Position numbers and translations under genes: made by a program. A DNA stretch of 63,312 nucleotides, counting the filler. It is 7 parts of 7 records of this genome, joined end to end, with 100 filler letters (N's around TTAATTAATTAA, not from the genome) between each part and the next. Parts side by side here need not be neighbours in the genome. Positions count along the whole stretch, not along the records: positions 1 to 14,119 come from DRR723986_10648; positions 14,220 to 22,036 come from DRR723986_10651; 5 more parts are not named here. One strand, written 5' to 3'. The notes beneath the pieces were generated by a model. The model was not told the origin of the DNA and did not search any database. It saw only the letters and a program-made list of their open reading frames with translations. Of this stretch, positions 9,807 to 19,759 are shown in pieces. The stretch's first letter is position 1. The number at the start of each line of letters is the position of its first letter.

Positions 9807-11993
9807 ATGTTTAAGCCTGGATTCTCGCATTCCCGATTCGCGCAATTAGCTATTGCTGCTGCAGTTTGCTGTTGCGCTCTTTTGAGTTTTTTCTGTTTGC
9901 CGGCGAGTGCGCAGGCGGAATTCACTCGATTAGTTAACGAGACACAGGTCTTTGATATAGAAGGTGAAGCTCTGCCGTTTCCCTTTATCGGTGGAATCAC
10001 CAGTCCACGCCCGCAATTGGTAGACATCGATGCTGATGGCGACCTGGACCTGTTTATGCAGATGGATGTGCGCCGCCTTGAATACTTTGAGTACATCGGT
10101 GGTGAAACTCAACAATGGGCCTGGCGCGGCACTTCGTGGATGGGAATTGACATTGGTAGCTGGTACACCTTTGTAGATGTAGACGGCGATCAGGACTACG
10201 ATCTCATGTGCGGCGGCCCACAAAATGGCTTCCGTCTGTTCCGCAACATCGGCACGCCGCAAGTCCCTGAGTTTGAAGTCGCGACCGACAGACTCCTGGA
10301 CACCGAAGGTATGGCGATTACGCCCGGTGGCCAGCAGAGTGTGCCTGCCTGGGCCGATATCGACTGCGACGGTGATGCAGACCTCTTCCTGGGGGATGTG
10401 GATGGAACAATCACATTTTACCAATACATTGGTCTTGACTCTGAGGGATTGCCGCGCTACCAGCTCGAAACGACGCGCTACCAGGATCTGTTTATTGTCA
10501 CTAACGGCACCCGTAAACAAGGTGGTACTGACGAGTCCAGCCACGAGACCAAACACGGCGAGAACGTTTTAACATTTGTGGATATCGATGGCGATAACGA
10601 TCAGGATTTTATCTGGGGTGACTTTTTTGCCGGCGGTATTCTCCTCTTTGAAAACACCGGCGATTGTCAAAACGCGATATTCACTAATGGAGATGTGCGT
10701 TTTCCACGCGCGAATCCAATCGAAACCGAAGCGTTTAACATTCCGCGTTTTGGTGATGTTGACGGCGACGGTGATCAAGATATGATCGTTGGTATACTGG
10801 ACGGTGCTTTTGGCTCGGCCGACGCCGGTCCCGGCCTGCTCTACTTCTTTGATAACGAAGGCACACCGCAGACTCCCAACTTCGTGCAGCGCACACCGCA
10901 GTTGATTCGCACCGTTGACATCGGCGAAGCCGCCGTGCCTGCCATCGTCGATTTAACCGGTGACGGCAAACCCGAGATCCTGCTGGGAAACGAAGCGCTG
11001 CCCGATAATATCGACCGCGGGACTTTAACCTATATCGAGCAGGTGAATGGCGACCTGCGCATCATTGACAGCGACTACTTTGGAATTGACGTCGGCAACA
11101 ATCTTAGTCCAACTCATGCCGATCTGGATGACGACGGTGATTCCGACCTCGTCCTTGGCCATTGGAATGGACGCCTCACGTACCTCGAAAATATTGGCAA
11201 CAGCAGCCAGCCCTTCTTTGAAGTGCGCGACCTGCTCGCATCTTTTGACATTGGCACCTATTCCTCGCCCAACCTCGTAGATGTTGACGGCGATGATGAC
11301 TACGATCTGGTAATCGGCTCTTTTAACGGCCGACTTGCCTTGCTGCGTAACACCGGCACTCAACAGGCGCCCAACTTTGAACTCGAAGATAAAAACTACC
11401 TGGGATTTGACTTCAGCGTCAGTTCCCGCCCAGCCTTTGGTGACATTGACAATGACAACATCGTTGATATGCTCGTCGGCACACTGTCCGAAGGTGTTAA
11501 AGTCTATCTGGGAGTTGGTCCGGAGTTCGGCAATTTTGTTGAAGACACAGAGAATTACAACTTTGACTTTTACCTGCGTGCCGCGCCGTCCCTGGGTGAC
11601 ATTGACGCCGACGGTGATCTGGATTTGTTAATCGGCACTTCAAACGGCGGACTGATTTATTATCGCAATGACCTTGTCATTAACAGTGTTGCTGACGGCA
11701 TTCCACAAACTGTTCCAATGACTGTGCGTCCGCAGCCGGCGCAAGCTGAGCAACTTATTCTTGAGTTTACGCTGGATGCCAATAGCTGGTCGGGCCCACA
11801 GCTCACACTGGAAATTGTGGATATCAGCGGCCGCACTTTATTGCGCAGTTCCGTAGGAGTCACGCCCGGCAATAACACGCTCGAACTGGCCGGTCTGCCC
11901 GGTATTGCGAACCTGGGGCAGGGCACAGTCTTCCTGCGATTGCTGGATGGGCAGACGATTTTGGCAAGCACTTCAACAATTGTGCTGCCTTAA
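9807..11993 (+). CDS. FG-GAP/VCBS-repeat (Ca-binding propeller) secreted protein with degenerate T9SS-type C-terminal domain
   Basis: Signal peptide; many DxDxDGDxDL repeats; C-terminal PQPA...DISGR...GTVFLRL. Confidence 0.85.
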   Translation: MFKPGFSHSRFAQLAIAAAVCCCALLSFFCLPASAQAEFTRLVNETQVFDIEGEALPFPFIGGITSPRPQLVDIDADGDLDLFMQMDVRRLEYFEYIGGETQQWAWRGTSWMGIDIGSWYTFVDVDGDQDYDLMCGGPQNGFRLFRNIGTPQVPEFEVATDRLLDTEGMAITPGGQQSVPAWADIDCDGDADLFLGDVDGTITFYQYIGLDSEGLPRYQLETTRYQDLFIVTNGTRKQGGTDESSHETKHGENVLTFVDIDGDNDQDFIWGDFFAGGILLFENTGDCQNAIFTNGDVRFPRANPIETEAFNIPRFGDVDGDGDQDMIVGILDGAFGSADAGPGLLYFFDNEGTPQTPNFVQRTPQLIRTVDIGEAAVPAIVDLTGDGKPEILLGNEALPDNIDRGTLTYIEQVNGDLRIIDSDYFGIDVGNNLSPTHADLDDDGDSDLVLGHWNGRLTYLENIGNSSQPFFEVRDLLASFDIGTYSSPNLVDVDGDDDYDLVIGSFNGRLALLRNTGTQQAPNFELEDKNYLGFDFSVSSRPAFGDIDNDNIVDMLVGTLSEGVKVYLGVGPEFGNFVEDTENYNFDFYLRAAPSLGDIDADGDLDLLIGTSNGGLIYYRNDLVINSVADGIPQTVPMTVRPQPAQAEQLILEFTLDANSWSGPQLTLEIVDISGRTLLRSSVGVTPGNNTLELAGLPGIANLGQGTVFLRLLDGQTILASTSTIVLP

Positions 11994-12007
11994 GCGTCAC
12001 CTTGGCA

Positions 12008-13840
12008 ATGAACACGCAAGCTGAATTACTGCTCTACTTTGCGCGGCGCACATATCATCTGCTCGGATTTGAGCGCCGCCTGGAACGCGTATACAGTCGC
12101 CTGGCTGTAATCCGCCTGGTCTTATTCTTTGGTGGCCTGATTGCTGCGGCCGTTTTTGCTCTGCGCGAACCGTGGCAGGGCGGGGCGGCCGTCCTGATTT
12201 TTGGTACCGCCTTTGTGTTTGTAGCACTGCGGCATCAACGCTGTTCACGTTCACTCAAACGCTCCAGGCTGGTGCGTGAACATGATCAGGCACAGGTAGC
12301 GCGCATAGAGCTGGACTGGGACGCGCTGGAGGCACCTGCCCAAAAACGCGCCTCAGCTGATCATCCTTTTGACAACGATCTCGATATCAGCGGCGAACGT
12401 TCACTCCTGCATTTACTGGACACAGCCGTTTCCGACGGCGGCTCTCAGCGCCTGGCCGATTGGCTCCAAAGCCACAAAGTTGATCTTGATGCATCGCGCA
12501 AACGCCAGGCACTTGTTAAAGAACTTCAGCCCCAAAAATCACTGCGTGAAGGCATTGCTCTCGACACCAAACTGATCAGCAGTTCACGCCTGCAGGGCGC
12601 CGACATTGTAAAGTGGTTGGAGCATGACGAACCCGATGTAATTCCCACGCCGGTTCTCTGGTTTGGACGAGTGTTAAGCGGTGCAACTGTCATAACTGCG
12701 ATTGCCGCCATCTTTGGTTTTATGCCGGGTTTGTGGTTAACCTTGGCCGCCATACAAATTGGATTGGCCTTTCTGATGCAGGGGCGTGTTAAACAACTGT
12801 TTGGCACGGGGACTTTATTACATGACAGACTGCGGGCTTTGCGTGGCCTGTTTCAGCGTCTGGAAAAGTTTGACTACAGCCACACACCGGGCCTGGCCGA
12901 ATTGTGTGGCCCCTTTCTGCGCGAGCCGGCACCCAGCTCCTTAATCGACAGCCTTAATCGTTTGTTAACCGCAATTTCGATTCGTGAAAACTTCGTCGTT
13001 TTTGGTGTTCTTAACGGTTTAATGCCCTGGGATATCACTGCGGCTTCACGCATGGCAGTTGTTCGCCGCCAGATTCGCGCGGACCTTGGGGACTGGCTGG
13101 ATCGTGTTTATCAGCTCGAAGCATTGATGTCACTCGCCAATTTTGCATGGTTAAATCCCGATCAGGCCAGTTATCCCGAACTTCTGGATAATCATGGCGA
13201 GCCTGTAATCGAAGCCCAGTCTTTAGGGCATGTCTTAATCGACCGTCATCAGCGTGTGCGCAACGATTTCACTTTGGGTGGCCGCGGAACCATTATGTTG
13301 TTAACCGGTTCTAATATGTCCGGTAAAAGTACTTTCATGCGCACGATTGGCATTTCAATTGCTTTGGCATTTGCGGGTGGGCCGGTTCTGGCCAAGTCTC
13401 TGCGCATATCGCCCATGCGGCTTTACACCTGCATTCGTGTAGGGGATTCGGTGCTCGACGGCATTTCCAGCTTCTACGCCGAAGTTCGCCGTTTGCGCGC
13501 GCTTTTAACAGATTTAGATGCCGAACATCCATTCCCACAGCTGTATTTTATTGATGAAATCTTCCGTGGTACAAACAACCGCGAGCGTTTAATTGGTAGC
13601 CGTGCCACGATTGCCGCACTGGTTAACAAAAACGGTTTTGGCCTGGTTACAACCCACGATCTGGAGTTAACCACTCTGGCCGACATGAGCGACAAAATTC
13701 ACAACTTCCACTTCCGCGAGCACATCGCCGACGGCCTTATGCATTTTGACTATACGCTGCGTCCGGGGCCATGTCCAACGACCAATGCGCTCGAAATCAT
13801 GCGTCAGGAAGGACTACCAGTTGAAGTTCCCGAGTCGTAG
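12008..13840 (+). CDS. Membrane-anchored MutS-related ATPase (MutS domain V, no mismatch-binding domain)
   Basis: N-terminal TM helices; Walker A TGSNMSGKST, DS...GISSFYAE, Walker B FIDEIFRGTN, TTHDLEL. Confidence 0.85.
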   Translation: MNTQAELLLYFARRTYHLLGFERRLERVYSRLAVIRLVLFFGGLIAAAVFALREPWQGGAAVLIFGTAFVFVALRHQRCSRSLKRSRLVREHDQAQVARIELDWDALEAPAQKRASADHPFDNDLDISGERSLLHLLDTAVSDGGSQRLADWLQSHKVDLDASRKRQALVKELQPQKSLREGIALDTKLISSSRLQGADIVKWLEHDEPDVIPTPVLWFGRVLSGATVITAIAAIFGFMPGLWLTLAAIQIGLAFLMQGRVKQLFGTGTLLHDRLRALRGLFQRLEKFDYSHTPGLAELCGPFLREPAPSSLIDSLNRLLTAISIRENFVVFGVLNGLMPWDITAASRMAVVRRQIRADLGDWLDRVYQLEALMSLANFAWLNPDQASYPELLDNHGEPVIEAQSLGHVLIDRHQRVRNDFTLGGRGTIMLLTGSNMSGKSTFMRTIGISIALAFAGGPVLAKSLRISPMRLYTCIRVGDSVLDGISSFYAEVRRLRALLTDLDAEHPFPQLYFIDEIFRGTNNRERLIGSRATIAALVNKNGFGLVTTHDLELTTLADMSDKIHNFHFREHIADGLMHFDYTLRPGPCPTTNALEIMRQEGLPVEVPES

Positions 13841-13939
13841 TTTTCGTCTTCAGAGACTTTTTTGATCGCCCTCTTGATCACCTTCTTGATCACTTTGAGT
13901 CTCTCGCCAGGCTCGCTACTCAGGTTCTATTTGAATTTT

Positions 13940-13967
13940 GTTTGGCACTGAACCGTCAGTGCCAAAC
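13940..13967. terminator. Perfect 12-bp hairpin downstream of the MutS-like gene
   Basis: GTTTGGCACTGA-accg-TCAGTGCCAAAC. Confidence 0.55.
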
Positions 13968-14119
13968 TGTCGACGCGCAAAATTGGCTTGAGACAAGTGG
14001 GGAAGGTTTGAAATTCGGTAATTGCATCGTATACGGTAACGAGGCGCGTCCGGCTGCTTGTCTATTACTCAGTGAGCCTCGCTTTTGGGGTCTATGATCT
14101 CAGTCTGAAATTCTTGGGG

Positions 14120-14219
14120 NNNNNNNNNNNNNNNNNNNNNNNNNNNNNNNNNNNNNNNNNNNNTTAATTAATTAANNNNNNNNNNNNNNNNNNNNNNNNN
14201 NNNNNNNNNNNNNNNNNNN
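14120..14219. other. Artificial contig spacer (N44-TTAATTAATTAA-N44); identical spacers at 22037-22136, 29715-29814, 35567-35666, 41944-42043, 58038-58137
   Basis: Identical N-runs flank a six-frame-stop linker; genes are truncated and base composition changes abruptly at each one. Confidence 0.98.
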
Positions 14220-14249
14220 TCCTATAGTGCCTTTATTTGTCCTATACCT

Positions 14250-14444
14250 GCGGTGAGTCTCGGTTACTTCGATACGCTCATGTCCTGTTCCGCGTCGAGC
14301 ACTTCCAGCGAACTGACCGCCGATGCCCTGGCTGCCGCAAACATCTCACCGGGATTGCTGCGCATGTCCGTGGGCTACACGGGAAGTGCCGAGCAACGCT
14401 GGGAACAGCTCGCCGCGGCGCTGGCTTCCACGGGCTTGCTGTAG
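14250..14444 (+). CDS. 3' fragment of a Cys/Met-metabolism PLP enzyme (methionine gamma-lyase-like)
   Basis: AVSLGYFDTLMSCSASSTSSE...ISPGLLRMSVGYTG matches the C-terminus of plant-type Met gamma-lyases. Confidence 0.75.
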   Translation, partial: AVSLGYFDTLMSCSASSTSSELTADALAAANISPGLLRMSVGYTGSAEQRWEQLAAALASTGLL

Positions 14445-14729
14445 ATCGAGGCAGCTGATCGGGCGGTCATTTTCGATACAGATGCCGAAAATCCCGCTTC
14501 AAGGCCTGCCGCTGTCGACTGTCTGGCAGCCGGCAAAATGGCACCAGCCGAACGACGGGTAGTCCGGAATCGATAGCGTTGCTTCTCGGGAGCGATTCCG
14601 GCCGCGGGAGAACAGGCCCCGGGGACGACAAACCGGCACGCTGGCCATTGCAACAGGCCTCCGCGCAATCCGCGCCCCGCATCGCGAGGACGCCGGGACA
14701 CCCGGAGGCGCCCATCCACCAGCGCAAGA

Positions 14730-15194
14730 TCACTCGACCGCGTCCGGGCTTTTGAGGTTCTCACGTACCCTCGAAAGAAGTGCAATGGCTGCCGCCAGAT
14801 CTTCCGGCGCGATCGACCGGAACGCATCGGAAGCGACTCTCTCTGCCGCCTCGGCCAGCTGCTCGGCGCGTTGCCTCGCCAACTCCGTCGGAACGACTCT
14901 CCAGACGCGCCGATCCTGTAAGTCGCGCTGGCGTTCCACATAGCCCAGGGACTCCAGTTGGTCGACAAGTGCGCCCACCGTGGGACGCGCGATCTCGAGC
15001 GCGTCAGCCAATTCAGCCTGGCTGGGTCCTTCCAGCCTGAGCACGTAGACGAGCGCATGCCACTTTGATCGTGTCAGGCCGATCGACGCCATTTCCCTGT
15101 CGAAGGCGGCGCGCAGGAGCCGGCTGACCTCCCCGAGAAGAAACCCGAGTTCAATACGGGCATCCAGATTACCGCTGAAGTCAGATGAGGCCAT
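14730..15194 (-). CDS. MarR/SlyA-family transcriptional regulator
   Basis: GLTRSKW..L...GPSQAELA..LEI..PTVGALVDQLE..GYVER..D..DRR; divergent from the RND genes. Confidence 0.92.
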   Translation of the reverse strand: MASSDFSGNLDARIELGFLLGEVSRLLRAAFDREMASIGLTRSKWHALVYVLRLEGPSQAELADALEIARPTVGALVDQLESLGYVERQRDLQDRRVWRVVPTELARQRAEQLAEAAERVASDAFRSIAPEDLAAAIALLSRVRENLKSPDAVE

Positions 15195-15217
15195 GGGTGT
15201 TCCAATTGCCAATTATG

Positions 15218-15244
15218 TAAGGTAGCTTATCATTAGCACACTCA
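15218..15244. promoter_or_regulatory. Putative tandem MarR/SlyA operator boxes
   Basis: Palindrome TAAG-gtag-CTTA (15218-15229) and TTAGCACACTCA (15233-15244), resembling the SlyA site TTAGCAAGCTAA, in an AT-rich patch between divergent genes. Confidence 0.55.
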
Positions 15245-15521
15245 CCAGATCGCACGGAAATCCAATGCGGCGGGACAACGAGCGCCACCACCTCCGGGGA
15301 GCCACTCCGACCGTGCCTCGCTTCGGAGACTCGAACGACAGATCCAGGGTGTTCGCACGAGGTGGAGTACCGTTCCGGTACGCATTGGACGACGCGGCTT
15401 CAGGTATCGCGACAGGCGGTTTCCGGAGGGTGGCCACTGCTTCCCGCGATCCCTGGAACAGCGCCTGGGCTGGGAGTGTCTTTCCGGCGGGGGGCCGCGC
15501 GACATCCCGGATGCCCTACCG

Positions 15522-16637
15522 ATGACCTCACGTCGGAAAACAGTTGCCGTTCTCCTGGCGCTGCTGCCACTGGCCGCCTGCGGCCCGTCTGATTCGATGC
15601 CCCCGGCGACCGAGGAAGTGCCGAGGGTCGATACGGCAACGAAGGCGATCGCGGTCGAAGTCGTTCGGATCGAAACGATACCCCTGGCGGAGACGCTCGT
15701 CGCCTCGGGCACAATCGCAGCCGCCCAGACCAGCGATATCGGCGCCCTGGCTGAAGGGCTCATCGACCGCATCTTCGTAAAGGTGGGTGACCGCGTTGCT
15801 GCCGGAAGCCCCCTGTTCCGCACCCGTCAGATAGATTACCAACGACGACTCGACGAAGCCCTGGCCCAGCTCGAGGTAACGCGGGCGGAGGCAGCGCAGG
15901 CGAAGTCGCTGGTTGAGCGTTATGAGGCTGTCGCAGGCAAGGGGTTGCTCGCAGGAGTGCAACTCGACGACGCGGAGACGGCATTCGCCGTGGCGGAGGC
16001 CAAGGTGCACCTTGCGCAAGTGAGGTTGGAGACGGCCCGGCAAGCACTTGCCGACACCCTTGTGCGCGCTCCTTTCGACGGTGCGGTAACGATGCGCTTT
16101 GTCGACGAGGGCGTGTACATGACGAACCGCTCCTCGGGCGCGGGCCAATCTGCCGTGGTACAGCTGCAGGAATGCGACATCGCGGCGGGCGTTCTCTTCA
16201 CGCCGGAGTCAGACCTGTCACGACTCAGGCTTGGCTTGAAAGGCAGGCTCTGGGTCGACGGTCGCAGGGAGCCCATTGAATCCGAAATCCACATTCTCAA
16301 CGACCGGGTCGATCCGGCTTCGCGGATGGTTGAGTTTCGGATGGGGTTCCGGAATCCGCACTGCCCGGTGAAGGCGGGCCAGTCGGTGCGCGCCGAAGTC
16401 GACGTCGATCCGCGAGCGGCCTGGATCCTGCCGCGGCCCGCGGTTCATGGCCCCGACTCCCATCGATATGTCTACGTCGTCAGGAACGGGCACGCCGAGA
16501 AGCAGTCCGTACAGGTCGCGGACATCGACGCGGACAGGGTGGAAATACTGAGCGGCCTTGCCGTGGACGATCCGGTCGTTCTGTCAGCAACGGAGCCGCT
16601 TTACGAGCTCGCACCGGTAGAGCCTCGAAGCGAATGA
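15522..16637 (+). CDS. RND efflux periplasmic adaptor (MFP) lipoprotein
   Basis: Lipobox LAAC; G.I.RIFVKVGDRV.AG, coiled hairpin, RAPFDG.V. Confidence 0.92.
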   Translation: MTSRRKTVAVLLALLPLAACGPSDSMPPATEEVPRVDTATKAIAVEVVRIETIPLAETLVASGTIAAAQTSDIGALAEGLIDRIFVKVGDRVAAGSPLFRTRQIDYQRRLDEALAQLEVTRAEAAQAKSLVERYEAVAGKGLLAGVQLDDAETAFAVAEAKVHLAQVRLETARQALADTLVRAPFDGAVTMRFVDEGVYMTNRSSGAGQSAVVQLQECDIAAGVLFTPESDLSRLRLGLKGRLWVDGRREPIESEIHILNDRVDPASRMVEFRMGFRNPHCPVKAGQSVRAEVDVDPRAAWILPRPAVHGPDSHRYVYVVRNGHAEKQSVQVADIDADRVEILSGLAVDDPVVLSATEPLYELAPVEPRSE

Positions 16638-19600
16638 TGTGGCTCGTTCAACTCTCATTGAACAGATCGGTTTTCGCCGTGATGCTCATCGCATCGCTCG
16701 TCGGACTCGGCTACATCTCGGTGGGACGGCTCGGAGTGGATCTGTTTCCGGACGTGGAGTTTCCCTATGTCAATGTGACCGCCACGCTGGACGGGGCATC
16801 GCCGGAGACGATGGAGTCCGAAGTCACCGACATCCTCGAGGAGTACATCAACACGATCGAGGGTATCGAGAAACTGTTGTCCTACTCGAGCGAGGGACGG
16901 GCGCAGATTCTCGTCGAGTTCGATCTGGACTCGAATGCCCGTGAGAAGGTGCAGGACGTTCGCGACAAGGTGCAGCTGGCCCTCGCGGAGTTGCCGCCGG
17001 ACATGGACCCGCCCATCGTCGACCAGGTCGACCCCGACGCGGCACCGATCATTGCCGTAATGGTAGCCGGGAACATCCCCATCGCGGATCTTACGCAGTT
17101 CGCGGAAGACGTCGTCAAGGAGACGCTCCAGCGCATCGACGGTGTCGGCGCCGTGAAGTTGATTGGTGGTCGAAAGCGGGCGATCAGGATATGGCTCGAC
17201 AACGACCGCCTGCGCGCGTTCGAAGTTGCGGCTGGCGACGTACTGACGGCCATCAGGAGTGAACACGCGGAACTGCCCGGAGGCAGGCTGGACACGGCCC
17301 ACGGTGCGCGTGAATTCGGCGTGAAGACCGAGGCTGAAGTCACTCGTCCCGCCGAGTTCGCGGAACTTCCGGTAGCGTACCGGGCTAATGGTGTTGCGGT
17401 TCTGGTCTCCGACGTCGCTCGCGTCGAAGACGGGCTGGAGGATGAGCGTTCCGCTGCCCTGCTGAATGGCAGACGCGGCATCGCCCTGGAGGTTCGAAAG
17501 CAGTCTGGTCAGAACACCGTCGCGGTCGCACGACGGGTAAAAGAAGCGGTCGAGCAGCTTCGATCCCAAGCCCCCGCAGACGTGTCGATCGTCGCGACGC
17601 GCGACGTTTCCAAGTTCGTGGAGAGTTCGATCGAGGACGTATCCACCGACGTGGCGATCGCGATCGGCCTGGTGATCGCCGTGACGTTCGCGTTTCTGCT
17701 CAACGCTAGAGCCACGGTTATCGTGGCACTGGCAATACCGACATCCCTGATCGCGACCTTCTTCGGATTCTACCTGATGGATTTCTCCATCAACCTGCTG
17801 ACCCTCCTGGCTTTGACGGTAGCAATCGGACTGCTTGTAGATGACGCGATCGTGGTCGTGGAGGCGATCACCAGGGAACTCGAGCTGGGAAGCGCACCTT
17901 TGGAGGCGGCGCGAGAAGGGTCGAGGAAAGTGGGGCTCGCCGTGCTGTCAGGGACGGCAGCAACCCTCGCCGTGTTCGTGCCCATCGCGTTCATGGAGGG
18001 CATCGTGGGCCGCTTCTTTTTCCAGTATGGCCTCGCGATCGTCTTCTCGGTTTCCGTGTCCTTGCTGGTCGCCCTCACGCTGGCACCCATGCTCGCATCG
18101 CGCTGGCTCAAGGATGGGCATGTGCTGCCGCTCCTTCAGCCCGTGGAAAGATTCTGGGATCGGGTTGACCAGCACTACGCCGCCGTCGTGCGCACCGCAG
18201 TGCGGTTTCGCCTGCTGGTGCTCCTGCTCGCCGTGTCATCGGTGCTTGGGGGAGCCTGGTACGCCGGGCAGGTCCCATCCGGATTCACCTCGCGTGCGGA
18301 TCGCAGCGAATTTCAAGGGTCAATCGAACTTCCCCTTGGCACGGGCGTCGCCGGTGCACTGGAAGCATCCCGACGCATCGACCTCGAACTCCGGGGTCTG
18401 GATCACGTCGAGAACGTTTTCCTTTCCGTTGGCGCCGGCGCACGCGCGAATGCGCACGTGATCGAACTGTACGCATCGCTCACCCCGAAGGAAGACCGGG
18501 AAACCGGACAATTCGAGATCATGGACGAAGCCCGTGCCGCCATACGCCTGGCGGCTCCTGAAGCCGTAAAGATCTCGGTTCTCGAGGTCCCGTGGGTAAG
18601 CGGGACGAGCACCGGCGGCTCCGATATCGATCTGCTTCTCAAGGGCACAGACCTGAACACGATCGCCCCGTACGCCGAAAGCCTGGTGCGCAGGATGCGC
18701 GTGGATGGAGCGTTCGCCGACGTGAGAACGAGTTTCGAGAGCGGACGCCCGGAGGCGCAGATCCGCTTTGATCGACGGCGCGCGCGGGACCAGGGCGTCT
18801 CCGCCAGCGATCTGGCCTCAACCGCGAGAATAGCTCTCGGCGGCCTCGATGCCGGCACTTACGAAGAGAATGGTGAGCGATACGACGTGCGCGTCCGACT
18901 GGAGGAAGCGCAGCGGGTGCGCATTCAGGACCTGGACCGGATACAGGTTAGAAGTACGCGCGGTCACCTTGTCGATTTCGGCGCAGTCTCGCGAGTAAAG
19001 TTCGATTCCGGTCCCTCCCAGATTGATCGCTCCGACAGGGCGCGGAAGATCTCGATACTCGCGAGTGCATCCACGGGCTACGCACTTGGAGAATCCATCG
19101 ATGCCCTGACCCGGATACTCCGCCTGGCTCCGCCGCCACCGGGGGTCACGTTCACGATCAGCGGAATGGCGGAGCGCATGCAGGAAACCGCCGGTGCCAT
19201 CGGATTCGCGATCCTGCTTGCGTTGATTTCGCTCTACATGGTGCTCGCCAGCCAGTTCAACTCCCTCGCGCAACCGCTCGTTATCATGATCACCGCTCCA
19301 CTGAGCTTTTCCGGCGCTTTCGCCGGGTTATATTACTTCGGCCTCGAGTCATCGCTGTTCTCGCAGATAGGACTCATCGGCCTCATGGGAATCGTCATGA
19401 AGAACGGTATCCTGCTGGTGGATCGGGCCAACCAGCTGACCGATGCCGGGCGCACGCGCGAGCAGGCGATTCTCCAGGCCTGTCCGGAGCGACTGCGTCC
19501 GGTACTGATGACCGCCCTCTCCGCAATTTTCGGTATGTTCCCGGTCGCACTCGCGACTTCCGATGGCGCGGAGTGGCGAAACGCACTCGGCGCACTCCTT

Positions 19601-19759
19601 ATCGGAGGCCTGGCTTCCTCGACGCTCCTGACACTCATCGTGTTACCCGCTGCCTTCATGTTGGCCAGTGACATATCGCGTTTACTGGGCACGGTACGCA
19701 ACGCGATTTCCGGATCCTGGCAGGTGCTTTCGAGCGGAGCAAACGAGGACGATCCCTGA
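16634..19759 (+). CDS. RND efflux permease (AcrB/AcrD/AcrF family)
   Basis: 1041 aa; GLLVDDAIVVVE, GIVMKNGILLVD, RLRPVLMT. Confidence 0.95.
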   Translation: MMWLVQLSLNRSVFAVMLIASLVGLGYISVGRLGVDLFPDVEFPYVNVTATLDGASPETMESEVTDILEEYINTIEGIEKLLSYSSEGRAQILVEFDLDSNAREKVQDVRDKVQLALAELPPDMDPPIVDQVDPDAAPIIAVMVAGNIPIADLTQFAEDVVKETLQRIDGVGAVKLIGGRKRAIRIWLDNDRLRAFEVAAGDVLTAIRSEHAELPGGRLDTAHGAREFGVKTEAEVTRPAEFAELPVAYRANGVAVLVSDVARVEDGLEDERSAALLNGRRGIALEVRKQSGQNTVAVARRVKEAVEQLRSQAPADVSIVATRDVSKFVESSIEDVSTDVAIAIGLVIAVTFAFLLNARATVIVALAIPTSLIATFFGFYLMDFSINLLTLLALTVAIGLLVDDAIVVVEAITRELELGSAPLEAAREGSRKVGLAVLSGTAATLAVFVPIAFMEGIVGRFFFQYGLAIVFSVSVSLLVALTLAPMLASRWLKDGHVLPLLQPVERFWDRVDQHYAAVVRTAVRFRLLVLLLAVSSVLGGAWYAGQVPSGFTSRADRSEFQGSIELPLGTGVAGALEASRRIDLELRGLDHVENVFLSVGAGARANAHVIELYASLTPKEDRETGQFEIMDEARAAIRLAAPEAVKISVLEVPWVSGTSTGGSDIDLLLKGTDLNTIAPYAESLVRRMRVDGAFADVRTSFESGRPEAQIRFDRRRARDQGVSASDLASTARIALGGLDAGTYEENGERYDVRVRLEEAQRVRIQDLDRIQVRSTRGHLVDFGAVSRVKFDSGPSQIDRSDRARKISILASASTGYALGESIDALTRILRLAPPPPGVTFTISGMAERMQETAGAIGFAILLALISLYMVLASQFNSLAQPLVIMITAPLSFSGAFAGLYYFGLESSLFSQIGLIGLMGIVMKNGILLVDRANQLTDAGRTREQAILQACPERLRPVLMTALSAIFGMFPVALATSDGAEWRNALGALLIGGLASSTLLTLIVLPAAFMLASDISRLLGTVRNAISGSWQVLSSGANEDDP

